DNA of 63,411 bases, the filler included, from Stramenopiles sp. TOSAG23-3 (taxonomy: Eukaryota), in assembly GCA_900128585.1 (NCBI GenBank). It is 6 parts of 6 records of this genome, joined end to end, with 100 filler letters (N's around TTAATTAATTAA, not from the genome) between each part and the next. Parts side by side here need not be neighbours in the genome. Positions count along the whole stretch, not along the records: positions 42,381 to 52,849 come from LT642812.1; positions 52,950 to 63,411 come from LT642813.1; 4 more parts are not named here. One strand, written 5' to 3'. This document shows, one piece after another, positions 43,007 through 54,496 of the stretch. The translations under genes and the position numbers were made by a program. The notes under the pieces were generated by a model. That model was not told the origin of the DNA, did no database searches, and worked only from the letters and a program-made list of their open reading frames with translations. Position 1 is the stretch's first letter; every line of letters begins with the position of its first letter.

Positions 43007-46000
43007 ATGCTGGCGAAAAAGACCCGCCGCCTTAACTTTGCTGCGAAGGGCCAGCTGGGAGGGGCAAGGCGGCAGGTCAGGTCGCCGACGTTTGAGGGCC
43101 CAGTCGCCAGCCAAGAGGCGGGAGACTTGGACTCCTCCTCCCACGGGCCGGGGGAATTGATATTTTTTAGAGAAGGCACGACGGTGTGGCTTAGCCATTT
43201 GCGGGAGGGGTGGGTCCCTGCGGTAGTTGTTAGCGTCCAGAGCACGTCCGAGATAGTCGTGGCGCCCGATGGAGAAGCCAGCATAAAGTATGGCATGAAA
43301 TCGCCGTCGTCGTCGTTGCGCCCCACGTCCTCCCGGGACCACGTCGTCGTCGACTTGGAGCAGAAAGACGCCCACCCCAAGGTGCTGCCCCGACAGGCCA
43401 GGGTGAAGGCAGACGACTTCGGGGCCGTCGGGGAGGAACGCCTGGACGCACTCGCGCACCTTCACGAGGCGGCGGTGCTGAACAACATACGCGTTCGGTT
43501 CAAGCAAAACCAGATTTACTCGTCCACGGGGCTAATGCTCATCGCGATGAACCCTTACAAAGAGTTGGACCTGTACGGGACGGCCACCGTGAACCTGTAC
43601 CGTGGGGACCGCGTCCACTCCCCGCACCTACCCCCCCACCTCTTTGGGGTGGCCGGGCGCGCCTACGAACGGTTTAAAACCCAGGGGCAGGACCAGTCGC
43701 TCATCATCTGCGGGGAGAGCGGTGCGGGAAAGACCGAGTCGACCAAGCTGATCCTTCGTTTTTTGTCCACCATAGCGAGCAAAGCCGGGGTCGGCGACAT
43801 TGAAAACCAGATTTTAGAGAGCAACCCCTTGATGGAGGCCTTTGGCAACGCCAAAACGATACGAAACCAGAACAGTAGCCGGTTTGGAAAATTTATACAG
43901 ATAACGTTAGGGTCGCAGGACTGGATCTTGGGGGCAAACATCAAGAACTACCTGTTGGAGAAGTCGCGCGTGTCCGCACAGCCCTCGGGGGAGCGGAACT
44001 ACCACATATTTTACCAGATGCTGGCGGGAATGGACAACGACGCCCTTGACAGCATGCACTTGCAGAGGGACGGCAGCAAGTACCACTACCTGAACCAGAG
44101 CGGCTGCTTGAACGTTGGCGGGTTGAACGATTCCCTTGAGTTCCAGCGCACCCTGACGGCGATGATCGCCCTCAACCTCGGCACCGCCGTGCGGAAAGAA
44201 ATATTCTCCATCGTTGCCGCGGTGCTGCACCTGGGGAACATCGAGTTTACTACCGGGGGGGGGGCGACGATTCGGGATGGGACGACGAGGAGGAGGAAGA
44301 GAGTCGAATGAGGGCTAAGAGCTTGGACCCCCACGGTGAGGCAGAAATAGGGAATCACGAAGTGCTGCGGCTCGCGGCGAAGCTGTTGGGGGTCGACGAG
44401 GCCCGTCTCGGCAGGGGGCTGACCCTGAAGATCCGCACCACCTTGGGGTCCACCATCGCCACCCCGTTGCGGGTGAAAGAGGCCGAACAAGTGCGCGACG
44501 CCCTGGCAAAGGAACTGTACGACAAAATGTTCACCTGGCTGGTGTCCCGCATAAACAGCACGATCGGAACGGCGGAGGGGGTAAAGGGCTTCATTGGTAT
44601 ACTGGACATTTACGGGTTCGAGAATTTAGGCACAAACGGGTTCGAGCAGCTCTTGATCAACTACGCGAACGAAAAGCTGCAAAAGCTGTTCAACGACCGG
44701 GTCTTTCTGATGGAAGAAGAAGAGTACCTGAGGGAGGGCGTCCCGTACGTGAAGCCGACGTTCGTGGACGGCGAGGCAAAGAGCAATACCCCGGGGAGCT
44801 CGGACTGTCTTACCCTGATCGAAGACTACAAGTATGGAATACTGTCCTTGGTCAATGAACAGAGCATGCTGGGCGTTGCCGGGAGCGACGAGGCCCTAGC
44901 CGCGAAGATAAATTACGCGTACTCGTCGAACGGGTCCTTTCCCCGCAAAAGCTTCATGACCGTCTCCGCGTGGCACAAGCTGAAAACCTCGAAGTCGACG
45001 GGGGGCGCTCAAAACGCTTTTCGTGGTGGGAGCCAGACCAACTTCGTCGTCAAGCACTACGCGGGCGAAATACTGTACAGTACGCACGGATGTGTGCTGA
45101 AGAACAAGGATACCCTGAGCTCCATCATTCGCGGAATTTTTAGCTCCTCAGACTCCACCGTCGTTCGCGAAATGCACGCGTTGTCGCACGGCCAAAGCTT
45201 GGAAAAGGCCCCGTCCAGTGGCCGGTCGAGGCACCGCAAGGTATCGTCTCTGCAGACGACGGTTACCAAACGGTTTCGCACGCAGCTCAACACGCTGGTC
45301 GCTAACATTGGAGAGACCGAGCCGCACTTTATCCGCTGCATTCGTTCCAACGGGGAGGCCGTTCCCGATTTCATCGACTCGATCGCCGTGCTGCGGCAGC
45401 TCAAGTACTCTGGGGTAATGGAAGCCCTGCGGGTGCGCAGACTCGGGTTTTCCAACAGAATGCCGTACCGCTCCTTTCTGCTGCGCTATGAAACATTGAC
45501 GAACGACGCCATGTTCCTCCAAAACGTCCGGGACAACGTGGTGAGCATTGGGGAGTTGAAGGAAGCGGCAGCGGGAATTTTTGAGAACGACATGTGTCGG
45601 CAGCATAACCTTGGGGCGGAAAGCTTTAAACTGGGGCACACGCTTATCTTCTTGCGGGCCTACGTGATGGGGGTGCTGGACGCAATCACTGCCTCCTTGC
45701 TGAGTTACCATGCAACTGTAATCCAGCGAACGGTGCGAAAATTGCTGGAACGCCGAAAGTTTGCTAGAATGAAAATGGCAGCAGAGATGCTGCAGCGGCA
45801 CATTCGCGGGCTTCAAGCTCGACAGCTGCACGAAGCGATGGTCATGGAGATCAACCGAAAGGCGCAGGCGCTGAAGGCGGAAATGGAAGCCAGGAGGCTG
45901 CGCGAGGAAGAAGAGAGCTTGGTGGCTGGCGCAAAGAACACGATCCAGCACGCCCAGCTCAAGCTTGAGAAGCTAAGAGAATCCACGGACGTGGAAGGAA

Positions 46001-48360
46001 AACATCTGATCGCCGTGGACAAGGACAGCAGGGGACACTTAGAGAATGTCGCGAAATCCATTGAAAAGGCTTTGGAACAGTTTGACAACGGGGGGGAAGC
46101 GTTCTCCAACGGTGCCGAGCACGCGCTACAAAAGGTGGAGGAGTGCGCAGTTTTCTTCGAATCTGTAAAAACTCGGAGGGAAGAAGAGTACCATTTCAGA
46201 ATCCAAATACTAGAAAAAGAAAGGGCTGCGAGGAAAAAACGGGAAGAAATGAACGAGGCCGCGGAACGGTCACGAATGAAACGCGAGGAGGACCTGCGGA
46301 GGCTGTACCTTGATCAATTGAAGCAGCTCGAACGAACAAGGGAAAATTCAGAGCGGTTCGCGATGAAAAGGCAAGAAGAACAACAGCGCTGGGTTATATC
46401 AGAGTTGCTCCGGCTCGAGCGGCAAAGGGAAGCGGAGGAGCTGAAAGTGATGATTCGGCTGGAGGGAGCCCAGCGAGAAATGGCGAAGCGAATAGAGCGC
46501 TACCGCCTTCAGGAATTGGAGAGAAGGAAACGGGAGGAGTCGCAGCGGGAATTCGTCGAGCGACATCGCATGGAGGCGGAAGAAGCTTACCAGATTTGGT
46601 TGAAAAAAGAAATTCAACGTTTACAGGATGCTGCAATCACCGAGCAGAACGAGCGTGACCGGGCAATTGCTAGCGCGGAGCTTGCGAGCATGATAAAAGA
46701 AGAGAAGTCCCAGCTTCAATTTCACCACTACATGCGAGAAGAATTTCAAAGATCCCTGATGCTTTTTCAACGGATTGAAGAAGAACGGCGGCTGGAAGAG
46801 CTGCAGAATATGACGGAGGTGGAAACAAAGCAGAAGCGGGTGGAAAAGATCCTCCGTCAGCAAGAAGTCGATTTGAGGGTTCGGGCGCACGAGAAACTCG
46901 TTATGCAATCGGAAGACATGGCATCGAGAATGTTCTGCCTGAGCGAGTCGATCGGGTCTCGGATGACGAAGATAAGGCATTACGAGCGTACCCTGGGCGG
47001 TTTTACTACCCCCACTGCAACCCCTGAAGATTCAGACCCTTTCGCATTAATCCGGTCGATGACGAATGACTTGTCTCGTCACACTTCCAAAATAAATGAC
47101 GCGTCCAAGGAACGGACGAGTCCGTCCCCCCGTGCAAAGAGGAAGGAGCATCATGGGGGTGAAGCTGAAAAGGTCCAACGCATCGAAAATGCTGAGGAAA
47201 GGATGGTCGAGGAAACGGCCATGGAGAGCGAGGACCGTCGATCGCTTGAAATGTCCCAAGAACTCGAGTTCCAAATTTTAGCCTCCAATTCCGTACCACA
47301 TAGAGTCTCGGAAAGTCCGAAAGAAAAGATAGTACAGGACAGGCCTGATCGAGCGGGCGAGAATGTAAATGCGGCGGAATCAAATAGTTATCCCTCGGAC
47401 GCCATGCCAGATTCTTTACGAACGGAGGAGAAGCCCGTGAATAACCAAGACATTTCCAGATTTACGAACGTGCCTGCTCCAAGCACGGCGGCACAGAATG
47501 ACTTTCGGTTGTCCAAGTTTCGGGAAGAGTACACGAGAGTGCGCCAGGAGGCAGAAAAGTACTTGGGCATGCTCGCCTCGCCGATAAGGGGAGGTGCGTC
47601 GCTCGGCCAAAGCAGCCGAGTGGAAGAGTTGTCTTTTGAGGATTTGTCGGTCCTTGGGAAGGGCTACGGCAATGCCAGCACCGGCAGGGGTGGGCACTCG
47701 GAATCAAAGTTCAGCCAAGACATTGGAGTGTTGGAACAGGCAACAAACCTGATGGCCGTGCGCCGGAGGGGCATGAGTATGTTTGGGCCTGACATGCTGC
47801 TTTCTGCATCCAGGGCAGCCCCCGAAAGTTCTATGTCCGACTCCTCTCCCGCCCTGTTTGCCGGGAAGTCGTTTGCAGTGTCCAACAGTGGCGCCTCGCT
47901 GTGGGAGACGAGCGACGATGACAGCGCCGCGTTTCGTGACAGTTCTCTGTCAGAAATAGACTCTTTTATTTCGCAACACATTCCGGAGCATGTGCGAACG
48001 CCACAAAAATCGTCCAAGAGTTCACTGCTGACCTCATCGTCCACGCCAGCCGCAGGCGGTAAGTCAAGCGGAAGAAGCAAGTCCTGGTGGAAGGAAGAGG
48101 CAAACTTCATATCAGAAGATACGGACGAGCTGGAGTTGTTGAGAATACGCAGGAACGTCTCCCATTTGCGAATGCACGGTAATTACCCGACCAGCATGGC
48201 CGAGGAACATTTTTCGAGAACTATCCCGCCCTTTCTCATCGGTCATGATGTCCAAAAGCAGCAAGAAGAGTACGATACCTTGGATATGCTGGAAAAGGAC
48301 GACCAAGGAATGATGGAAGCGTCTTACAAGTTTTTGGAGCGAACTAACAAGCGGGTGTGA
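43007..48360 (+). CDS. Myosin heavy chain (SH3-like N-terminus, motor, IQ motifs, charged helical tail), split into two ORFs by a frameshift in the G10 run at 44255-44264
   Basis: ORF1 has GESGAGKTE, EAFGNAKT, NSSRFGKF, YLLEKSRV. ORF2 has ILDIYGFE, NYANEKLQ, PHFIRCI and IQ motifs. The motor domain is continuous across the junction. Confidence 0.92.
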
Positions 48361-48487
48361 GGACGGAAAGAAAGGAAGCCCACGATGTGTTAGAGTTTGT
48401 GTATTTCATTAATTTGCGGCTACCGCTGTGTACAATTTCTTTTCGGCGTTTAGCCCAGTCAAAAACCTTTTTAAATTCTTTATATTA

Positions 48488-48540
48488 AAAACAAGAAAAT
48501 TGGCTGTTATTTAAGTAATTAAATTTAGCTTCGTCGTACC
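48488..48540 (+). repeat. 53-bp copy of the dispersed repeat, identical to the reverse complement of 31930-31982
   Basis: aaaacaagaaaattggctgttatttaagtaattaaatttagcttcgtcgtacc. Confidence 0.92.
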
Positions 48541-48691
48541 CTAATCCTAACTTGGTTCTGTATTTTTTATAGTGGAGTCCATGAACTACTTTATATTAAG
48601 TTGTGTTAAAGTTTTTTTCTTCTACTTGCTCGTTTTATATTGCACGTTATCCGTCAGCTATCCTTTCTGTAAATTGTAAAACGGTCCTTGC

Positions 48692-49045
48692 CTAAAATGT
48701 GCCAGAATTCCAGCCGAACATGTACCGTTTCTCCACGTCCTTGAAATCGATGTAAACGCGGTCGGGAGAAATTTGTAGCAATTTCTTCAAGCAACTACAC
48801 AAATTCTGTGATATTACTTTGTTTCTCGCCTCGTCAAGGTTTCCGATCGACACCAGCCGGACAAAAGCGCAGGGCTCTGTGGTACCACTATAACTCATAC
48901 TTTGATCTGCATTCAAACGGACCATAACCCACTTTTCGGGTTTCCCAATATTTTCCGAAACACACTTCGAGACCTCCGAGACAACCTGGTCAGTGTCAGC
49001 TTTCGTTCCGACCGACACGTTTGTGCTAATTTCACAGTATGGCAT
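48692..49045 (-). CDS. MIF: Macrophage migration inhibitory factor / tautomerase family protein
   Basis: Catalytic Pro1 after Met (MPYCEISTNV), IGKPEKWVMV, GTTEPCAF, SIG, ISPDRVYIDF, GWNSGTF. Confidence 0.92.
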   Translation of the reverse strand: MPYCEISTNVSVGTKADTDQVVSEVSKCVSENIGKPEKWVMVRLNADQSMSYSGTTEPCAFVRLVSIGNLDEARNKVISQNLCSCLKKLLQISPDRVYIDFKDVEKRYMFGWNSGTF

Positions 49046-49541
49046 TTTTATTTAACGTGAAAAACGTACAAATTAGACCAACGATTCTTGTGGTTGTTTT
49101 CCTAAGTTATCTTTTCGTATGGTTTTATATAATTGGACGTGCACACTGATGTTTATTTTGCATTTTGATATAAATATAAAAACGTATATCTACCTACAAC
49201 AAAAGTGTTCCAATTGAAACGGGTGAAAAGATACGCAGAAAGAAGAAAGAAGCAACAACAAGAAGAGAAGAAGAAGAAGAAGAAGAAAAAGAAGAAGAAG
49301 AAAAAGGGTGGGCGGCCGGCAGCAGACGAGTAGTAACAAATTGTATAGTCTAACATTATTTCTCCTATATAAAATATTCTTCAAAAAAACGACGAAAGAA
49401 GAAGAAGATGATGATGATGATTTTTTATTATTATTTTTTTATATTTTTGTTTTTTCTTCTTCTTTTCTACTGGTACCTTGGTACTACTGGGGTATCTTCT
49501 TAGTACCAATTAGCTATTTATTTTTTTGAAGTTCTCTAATC

Positions 49542-50153
49542 TTATTGTTCTTTCAATATACGTTCTACCTGTTTCGTAGCATCCCTAACAGTTTCAAGAA
49601 GTTTTTGGAGTTGCTGGGGTGTTGCGGAAAACGTAACGTCCCGTACTTTGTCTACGCCTTCGTTTGGTTCTTGTACTTTCAAGGTGACAAAGTACAACCC
49701 CTTGTTCTGCGTCTGTACATTACTAGAAACTGCGGTGTAGTCAAGCCGCCAGTCGCAGTCCACGATCTTGCCTGCCCCAATAGAGGAGTATATTAAACGG
49801 TCCCGGATTGCTTCCACGTGAGCCTCGTGTCCTTTTCCTATTAATTCGGCCCTAGTCATGTCGATCCCGGCCTCTTCTGCTACAGACTGGACCTGCTCGG
49901 GTGGCGCGTCTACCTTGGCAGCCTCCAACAACAGCGCCAACAGCCCTGAGAACGCTATTTTCGCAGAGGCCATGTTTTCGCCAACAATGTTTGCGGACGT
50001 CAACAGTTTCATCGACGCCGAACTGTCCTGTTTCTTTTCGTCCGATAGAACTCCAAACGTAAGCTGCGTTATTTTTTTGAACGCGGCGTCGGGGAGGTCT
50101 CCTAGGATTCTCAACCCGTCCACATTGTCTTTGCTAAACGATGAAATATCCAT
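49542..50153 (-). CDS. COMM domain protein, COMMD3-like
   Basis: C-terminal COMM domain IVDCDWRLDY...LYFVTLKV...VTFSATPQQLQKLL...KQVER; ATG at 50153. Confidence 0.8.
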   Translation of the reverse strand: MDISSFSKDNVDGLRILGDLPDAAFKKITQLTFGVLSDEKKQDSSASMKLLTSANIVGENMASAKIAFSGLLALLLEAAKVDAPPEQVQSVAEEAGIDMTRAELIGKGHEAHVEAIRDRLIYSSIGAGKIVDCDWRLDYTAVSSNVQTQNKGLYFVTLKVQEPNEGVDKVRDVTFSATPQQLQKLLETVRDATKQVERILKEQ

Positions 50154-50414
50154 TGTTCCTTCCTTCAGTAGCTTCTTCCTTTTCTGTTCTGTATAGGCAA
50201 ACAAATCCAACACGCGACGGACCAACAGCAATCGATTTTCTTTTAAACAACTCTCTTCTTCTCTGTTTACAGGTAGGAATAAAATCTTCTTCGTTTGAAA
50301 AACTTGAAAAACATAAAAACCCTTTGTTCCATTTACTTGAGTGTGTAGTTTGTGGAGAAAAGTAAAGCCAATCAAAAATGTACGTTAATCACACCTCAAA
50401 CAAAAACGCACAAC

Positions 50415-50565
50415 AAGAAGAAAAGAAGAAGAAGAAGAAGAAGAAGAAGAAGAAGAAGAAGAAGAAGAAGAAGAAGAAGAAGAAAGAAGAAGAAGAAGAA
50501 GAAGAAGAAAGAAGAAGAAGAAGAAGAAGAAGAAGAAGAAAGAGAAGAAAGAAGAAGAAGAAGAA
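50415..50565 (+). repeat. (GAA)n microsatellite
   Basis: Long, near-perfect GAA run. Confidence 0.95.
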
Positions 50566-50948
50566 CGACTGACTGGACGGAGGACTGAGGAGGAGAGATA
50601 GCAACAACAAAGCAATTAATTATTATTATTTAATGCTGCTGCTACTTATAACTTAAAGCTATTTATATATACTACCATAGCAGCGAAATTGAGGAAGAAA
50701 GAAAGATAGTCGTCTTATTGACTATAAGTATAGTATAAATAATAATTTGGAGAAGGGGAGCTAAAGTTTTTTCCATTGAGAGTAGCTTTACGGTATAGTT
50801 TCGTCTACCCTAAGAAAGCTCTCCTTCAGGTTCGTACATTGATCACTTCCCTTCTACAAATCGTTGATGTATATATACATTGGTACATTATATTATCCAT
50901 TTTATTTATCGTACCAGGTACAGCTATGTATATACTGTAAAATTATTT

Positions 50949-51878
50949 TTATTTGGAGGATTTATTCTTCGATCCCATTCCAGATTGAAGGAAGGCATCA
51001 TCGCTTGGGGCAAAGAGCAGTCGGTCTACTAAATCTTCGTACTTCAAGACTTCGGACAAATCGTTTGGGTTTCGAATGCATTCGTTTAAAAACTCAGTGG
51101 TTTCTTGTTCCGTTAAGCGGGTGGGGACCAATGTCTCGTGCAGCAGGTGGCGCACCATCTTCGCAGAGACGTCGCCAGACAGCTTTCTGTCGAAAGACTT
51201 GAACAAATACATTACATCTTCCGTGCAGTCGACGGCGCTGTCTAAATGTTTCAACGCTGCAGTTACGAATGCTGGAAGGCTTATCTGCCACGATTTTTTC
51301 CCCGTATGCTGCAAGTTCTCCGTGTAAAATTTATTCATCAATGCTTCCGTCGGGGAAAACCCAAGCGCAATCAGCGCGTCCGACAACTCCCGTCTGCTCA
51401 ACCGGCCGTTCTTGTTCTCGTCGAAGGCAGCAAATATCCCGCGGAGCATTTGCATGTCGTCTTCCTCCCTCTTTTCCTTCATTTTAGCTACAAAACTCTT
51501 TTGCTCTTTCGCCCCTTTTTTGTCCTTCTCTGGGGATGAGTTTGCCAAACCCTCGGCCAACTTTTTCATCGTTGGGTCGTCCATGAACATTTGTGTAGCT
51601 CTCCTAATTTTACTCACAGGAACGGACGGGCTAGCGCGCCCACTAGGGGGCGAGTGGGACCGGCGGGCCATGAAATCGTTCGCTTTGGAATTCACTGCCG
51701 GTGGCGGAGGGGGGGGCATACGTCCCTTTTTCATGGCCAATGGAGGTGGCGGTGGGGGCATGTCATCCTCAATCACGGAAGCTTTACTATTCGAACCCTG
51801 CCCCGGTGGGGGAGGGGGGGGCGGGGGCTGTTGCCGTACGTCCTCTTCTTCCTCTTCTTCTGCAATGGCTCCCAACAT
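50949..51878 (-). CDS. Polyproline N-terminus plus calmodulin/centrin-like EF-hand domain
   Basis: Three poly-Pro tracts; IFAAFDENKNGRLSRRELSDALIALG; LFKSFDRKLSGDVS; ATG at 51878. Confidence 0.8.
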   Translation of the reverse strand: MLGAIAEEEEEEDVRQQPPPPPPPPGQGSNSKASVIEDDMPPPPPPLAMKKGRMPPPPPPAVNSKANDFMARRSHSPPSGRASPSVPVSKIRRATQMFMDDPTMKKLAEGLANSSPEKDKKGAKEQKSFVAKMKEKREEDDMQMLRGIFAAFDENKNGRLSRRELSDALIALGFSPTEALMNKFYTENLQHTGKKSWQISLPAFVTAALKHLDSAVDCTEDVMYLFKSFDRKLSGDVSAKMVRHLLHETLVPTRLTEQETTEFLNECIRNPNDLSEVLKYEDLVDRLLFAPSDDAFLQSGMGSKNKSSK

Positions 51879-52435
51879 GTTGTTTGCACTTTGACGATCT
51901 AACAGAAACGGTCGCACTAAAAATAAAAAAGACTGTGGGAAAGGGGTGCTTGCATCGTTGACACCAGCTTCTAGGTGACAAATATTTTCTATCACTATTT
52001 TAGCCTTCCTTTCGTTACATCAATTTTAATTAGCTGGATCGATATTATTAGTGTCTAGGAAGCCACCAAGAAGGAGGAGGATCATTCTAATCATATTGTA
52101 TCTAAATAGGGTACAAAATTGCGTTTGTAACTTATATACCATTACAATAGTAATACTTAATCCAATCTTTATTCTAATTGAATACTTTAGTATAATTATT
52201 GTTTTATTAATATTTACACATAGGGTTATAAATGTTTTAAGTACGGTACGATAATTCAACTCCTCGGTTTGAAAACGTTAAGTAATAAATTAATGTAGTC
52301 TAATTTAAGTTCTATCAAATATCAAATAAATATTATTTTATTATCCAATTAATATCCATATTATTGTTAAAATATAAATACACAATACTTGTATATATAG
52401 TATACAAAACAATAGAAACGCGATAGAACTGAAAA

Positions 52436-52477
52436 CTGAATCTGAATCTGAATCTGAATCTGAATCTGAATCTGAAT
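52436..52477 (+). repeat. (CTGAAT)n microsatellite
   Basis: Tandem hexamer. Confidence 0.9.
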
Positions 52478-52772
52478 TTAGCAGTGACAATGAAGACGAT
52501 TTGGATTAGTATAATGTACACTGTACATTATGAAAATATCCAATGCACCAATCAGCGCGTGGGGTGGGGTGGGTCCTGCTGGACTATCCTTTTTCTATTC
52601 TAGTCTATTCTATCCTATCCTATATCCTATCCGGCCAGCATGAGTCAGCTGTAGTCTGGAGTTCGTATTAGACTGTCACATTATATATCCTCAGTTTGAT
52701 CTCTCCTGTCGTAAAGTAACGCTTTGAATAAGTACTAATTCTGAAAAGTGTTGTCCCAATCAATGAATAATT

Positions 52773-52847
<75 letters not shown>

Positions 52848-52849
52848 AA
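52773..52849 (+). repeat. (GAAA)n microsatellite at the contig end
   Basis: Perfect tetramer run up to the linker. Confidence 0.95.
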
Positions 52850-52949
52850 NNNNNNNNNNNNNNNNNNNNNNNNNNNNNNNNNNNNNNNNNNNNTTAATTA
52901 ATTAANNNNNNNNNNNNNNNNNNNNNNNNNNNNNNNNNNNNNNNNNNNN
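52850..52949. other. Artificial contig linker
   Basis: N44-TTAATTAATTAA-N44. Confidence 0.97.
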
Positions 52950-53293
52950 GTGATCGAATTTATCGATCGAGATACAGCGGCAGAGCATAGAGTTTGAGGT
53001 GAAGTGACGATGACCTGAGGAAGGGCCGTGGCATTGCGTGGGTTAGTGTCATCTCTCCTCTCAAACCACGTTTGCCGACGTAGTCTACCAAAGGTCACTT
53101 GGTGACATTTTGAGAATAGAAGAAAAGTTGTGAAGAAAGTTTTAAAGAAGTTTCAGAACAACTCAAGCTTAAGCGTAGATTAATATCCTAGTATAAACAA
53201 TTATTCTACCTATTTATAGCACTGCATTTCAAGTACTTCTTATACTTGACATTTTCTTTAACTACATCGCATTGACATCTAGACGGTGTCATA
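52950..53293 (+). repeat. 5' LTR (truncated by the contig start)
   Basis: Shares 79 bp and the terminal CGGTGTCATA with the downstream LTR. Confidence 0.8.
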
Positions 53294-53295
53294 TT

Positions 53296-53317
53296 TGGGG
53301 TCCACACCTGATTCGAA
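53296..53317 (+). promoter_or_regulatory. Putative tRNA primer-binding site
   Basis: TGGGGTCCACACCTGATTCGAA lies 2 nt after the LTR end. Its reverse complement TTCGAATCAGGTGTGGACCCCA has a T-loop-like start and a CCA end. Confidence 0.7.
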
Positions 53318-53320
53318 TCT

Positions 53321-54496
53321 ATGGCATTACATACCCGTAGTCGCTCCGCTCAAAGAGGGGGGCGAGGATCCGCAGAAGCGGGCCCAAGCTCGGCAACGGG
53401 GACGAACACAACTCCGTTGGGAGAAAGAGACGCCCCGCAACTGCAAACTGGGGTCCAGCTGCAAGTTTTCGCGGACAGGATCGCACAGCTGGAAGCTCGT
53501 CTGGCAGCTACAATCCAGACGGCACAGCAGGGTAGCACCGCAGCTCCACAGCAACACATGATGCAAGCGTTGATTGATGGCCAACGACAGGCGAACGAAG
53601 TAATTGCCAGACTGGTATCTAGGACGTGGAAACCACCAACGTACGTGGTAGAGTTCTCAGAGGACCAAGATTGGTTATCTTACAGCGAATATTTGCTACC
53701 TCTATGCGGGCATCTTGATCCGACCCAAGAGGTAAGGCTCATTGTGGAAAAAGCAATAAGAGTTCCAAAAGGGAAGAAGATTCCCCAACACCAGCACTTA
53801 CCGCAATTGGTCTGGGATCAAGCGCTGAAGGATTCTGCGGCAAACTTGCAGGTAGACCGGTGCGACCTGAGAATTGCACAGCACGCAAGGATGGCCTTGG
53901 ACAGGTTTTACCTTGAAATGAAAAGACGCTATCCGGAGAAGCGTTCCTCCTTGAAGATTGAGGCGATGCGACAAGAGTTGAAGCGGTTGCGCAGGAAGGA
54001 CGAATCTATGGAGAGCTTTGTCAACGCTCTACAAAAGGCGAATTTGTTGCTGGAAAAATACCGGCCGGATCTGAAAATCTCGGAAATGGAACTGGCTCAG
54101 AGGGTGATTGATCAGATCAATGACACGGATGCAAGCAAAGCGATGAACTTGGAAACAAAGAAACCTGGTGGAAGGATGGACTGCAATTCACTCCAAGAGT
54201 ACGTTGGCTGGCACTGGAACGAATTGTGGAAGTTGCCACGGTTTGTGACGGACGAGAAGGAGGCCAGAGCCAAAGAGAAGGCGGCAACGGAGATCAACGC
54301 AGTGACTTTAAAACACTGCGCGATTTGCAGCAAACATGGGAAACCAGAGGCAATCGTTGCATCCCACAACACATCAGATTGCCGGGTCCAACACAACAAA
54401 CGTCAAGGAAGTTTTGTACCCGCAAGCTTGCAACCAAAGAGGCAGAAGTCATCAGTGTCGATGAAGAAGAAGAACAACCGATTTTGGTTCAGCTGA
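53321..54496 (+). CDS. gag: Retrotransposon Gag-like protein with an atypical CCHC zinc knuckle
   Basis: ATG just after the PBS; MHR-like LKRLRRKDESMESFVNALQ; C-terminal CAIC-x12-H-x4-C. Confidence 0.75.
   Translation: MALHTRSRSAQRGGRGSAEAGPSSATGTNTTPLGERDAPQLQTGVQLQVFADRIAQLEARLAATIQTAQQGSTAAPQQHMMQALIDGQRQANEVIARLVSRTWKPPTYVVEFSEDQDWLSYSEYLLPLCGHLDPTQEVRLIVEKAIRVPKGKKIPQHQHLPQLVWDQALKDSAANLQVDRCDLRIAQHARMALDRFYLEMKRRYPEKRSSLKIEAMRQELKRLRRKDESMESFVNALQKANLLLEKYRPDLKISEMELAQRVIDQINDTDASKAMNLETKKPGGRMDCNSLQEYVGWHWNELWKLPRFVTDEKEARAKEKAATEINAVTLKHCAICSKHGKPEAIVASHNTSDCRVQHNKRQGSFVPASLQPKRQKSSVSMKKKNNRFWFS

Noticed and set aside
45148-45951. Long antisense ORFs within large genes (also 59091-59855, 57817-58467, 3969-4568, 8051-8686)
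   Set aside because: Shadow ORFs of GC-rich coding sequence with no recognisable motifs.
32213-48360. Apparent dynein-myosin motor gene cluster
   Set aside because: The two genes lie on different contigs separated by a linker.
48538-48551. Telomere-like CCCTAATCCTAA
   Set aside because: Only two imperfect units, internal to a contig.
50352-50615. Poly-K/R/E/F/S ORFs
   Set aside because: Translations of the GAA microsatellite.
50785-50815. Hammerhead ribozyme (GACGAAAC on the minus strand)
   Set aside because: No CUGANGA core in a compatible position.
10512-52949. Regularly spaced TTAATTAATTAA palindromes about every 10.5 kb
   Set aside because: Artificial six-frame-stop linkers between length-sorted contigs, not biology.
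52898-53098. ORFs running through N runs (also 20882-21169, 55316-55639, 55454-55735)
   Set aside because: Artefacts of translating gaps and LTR sequence.
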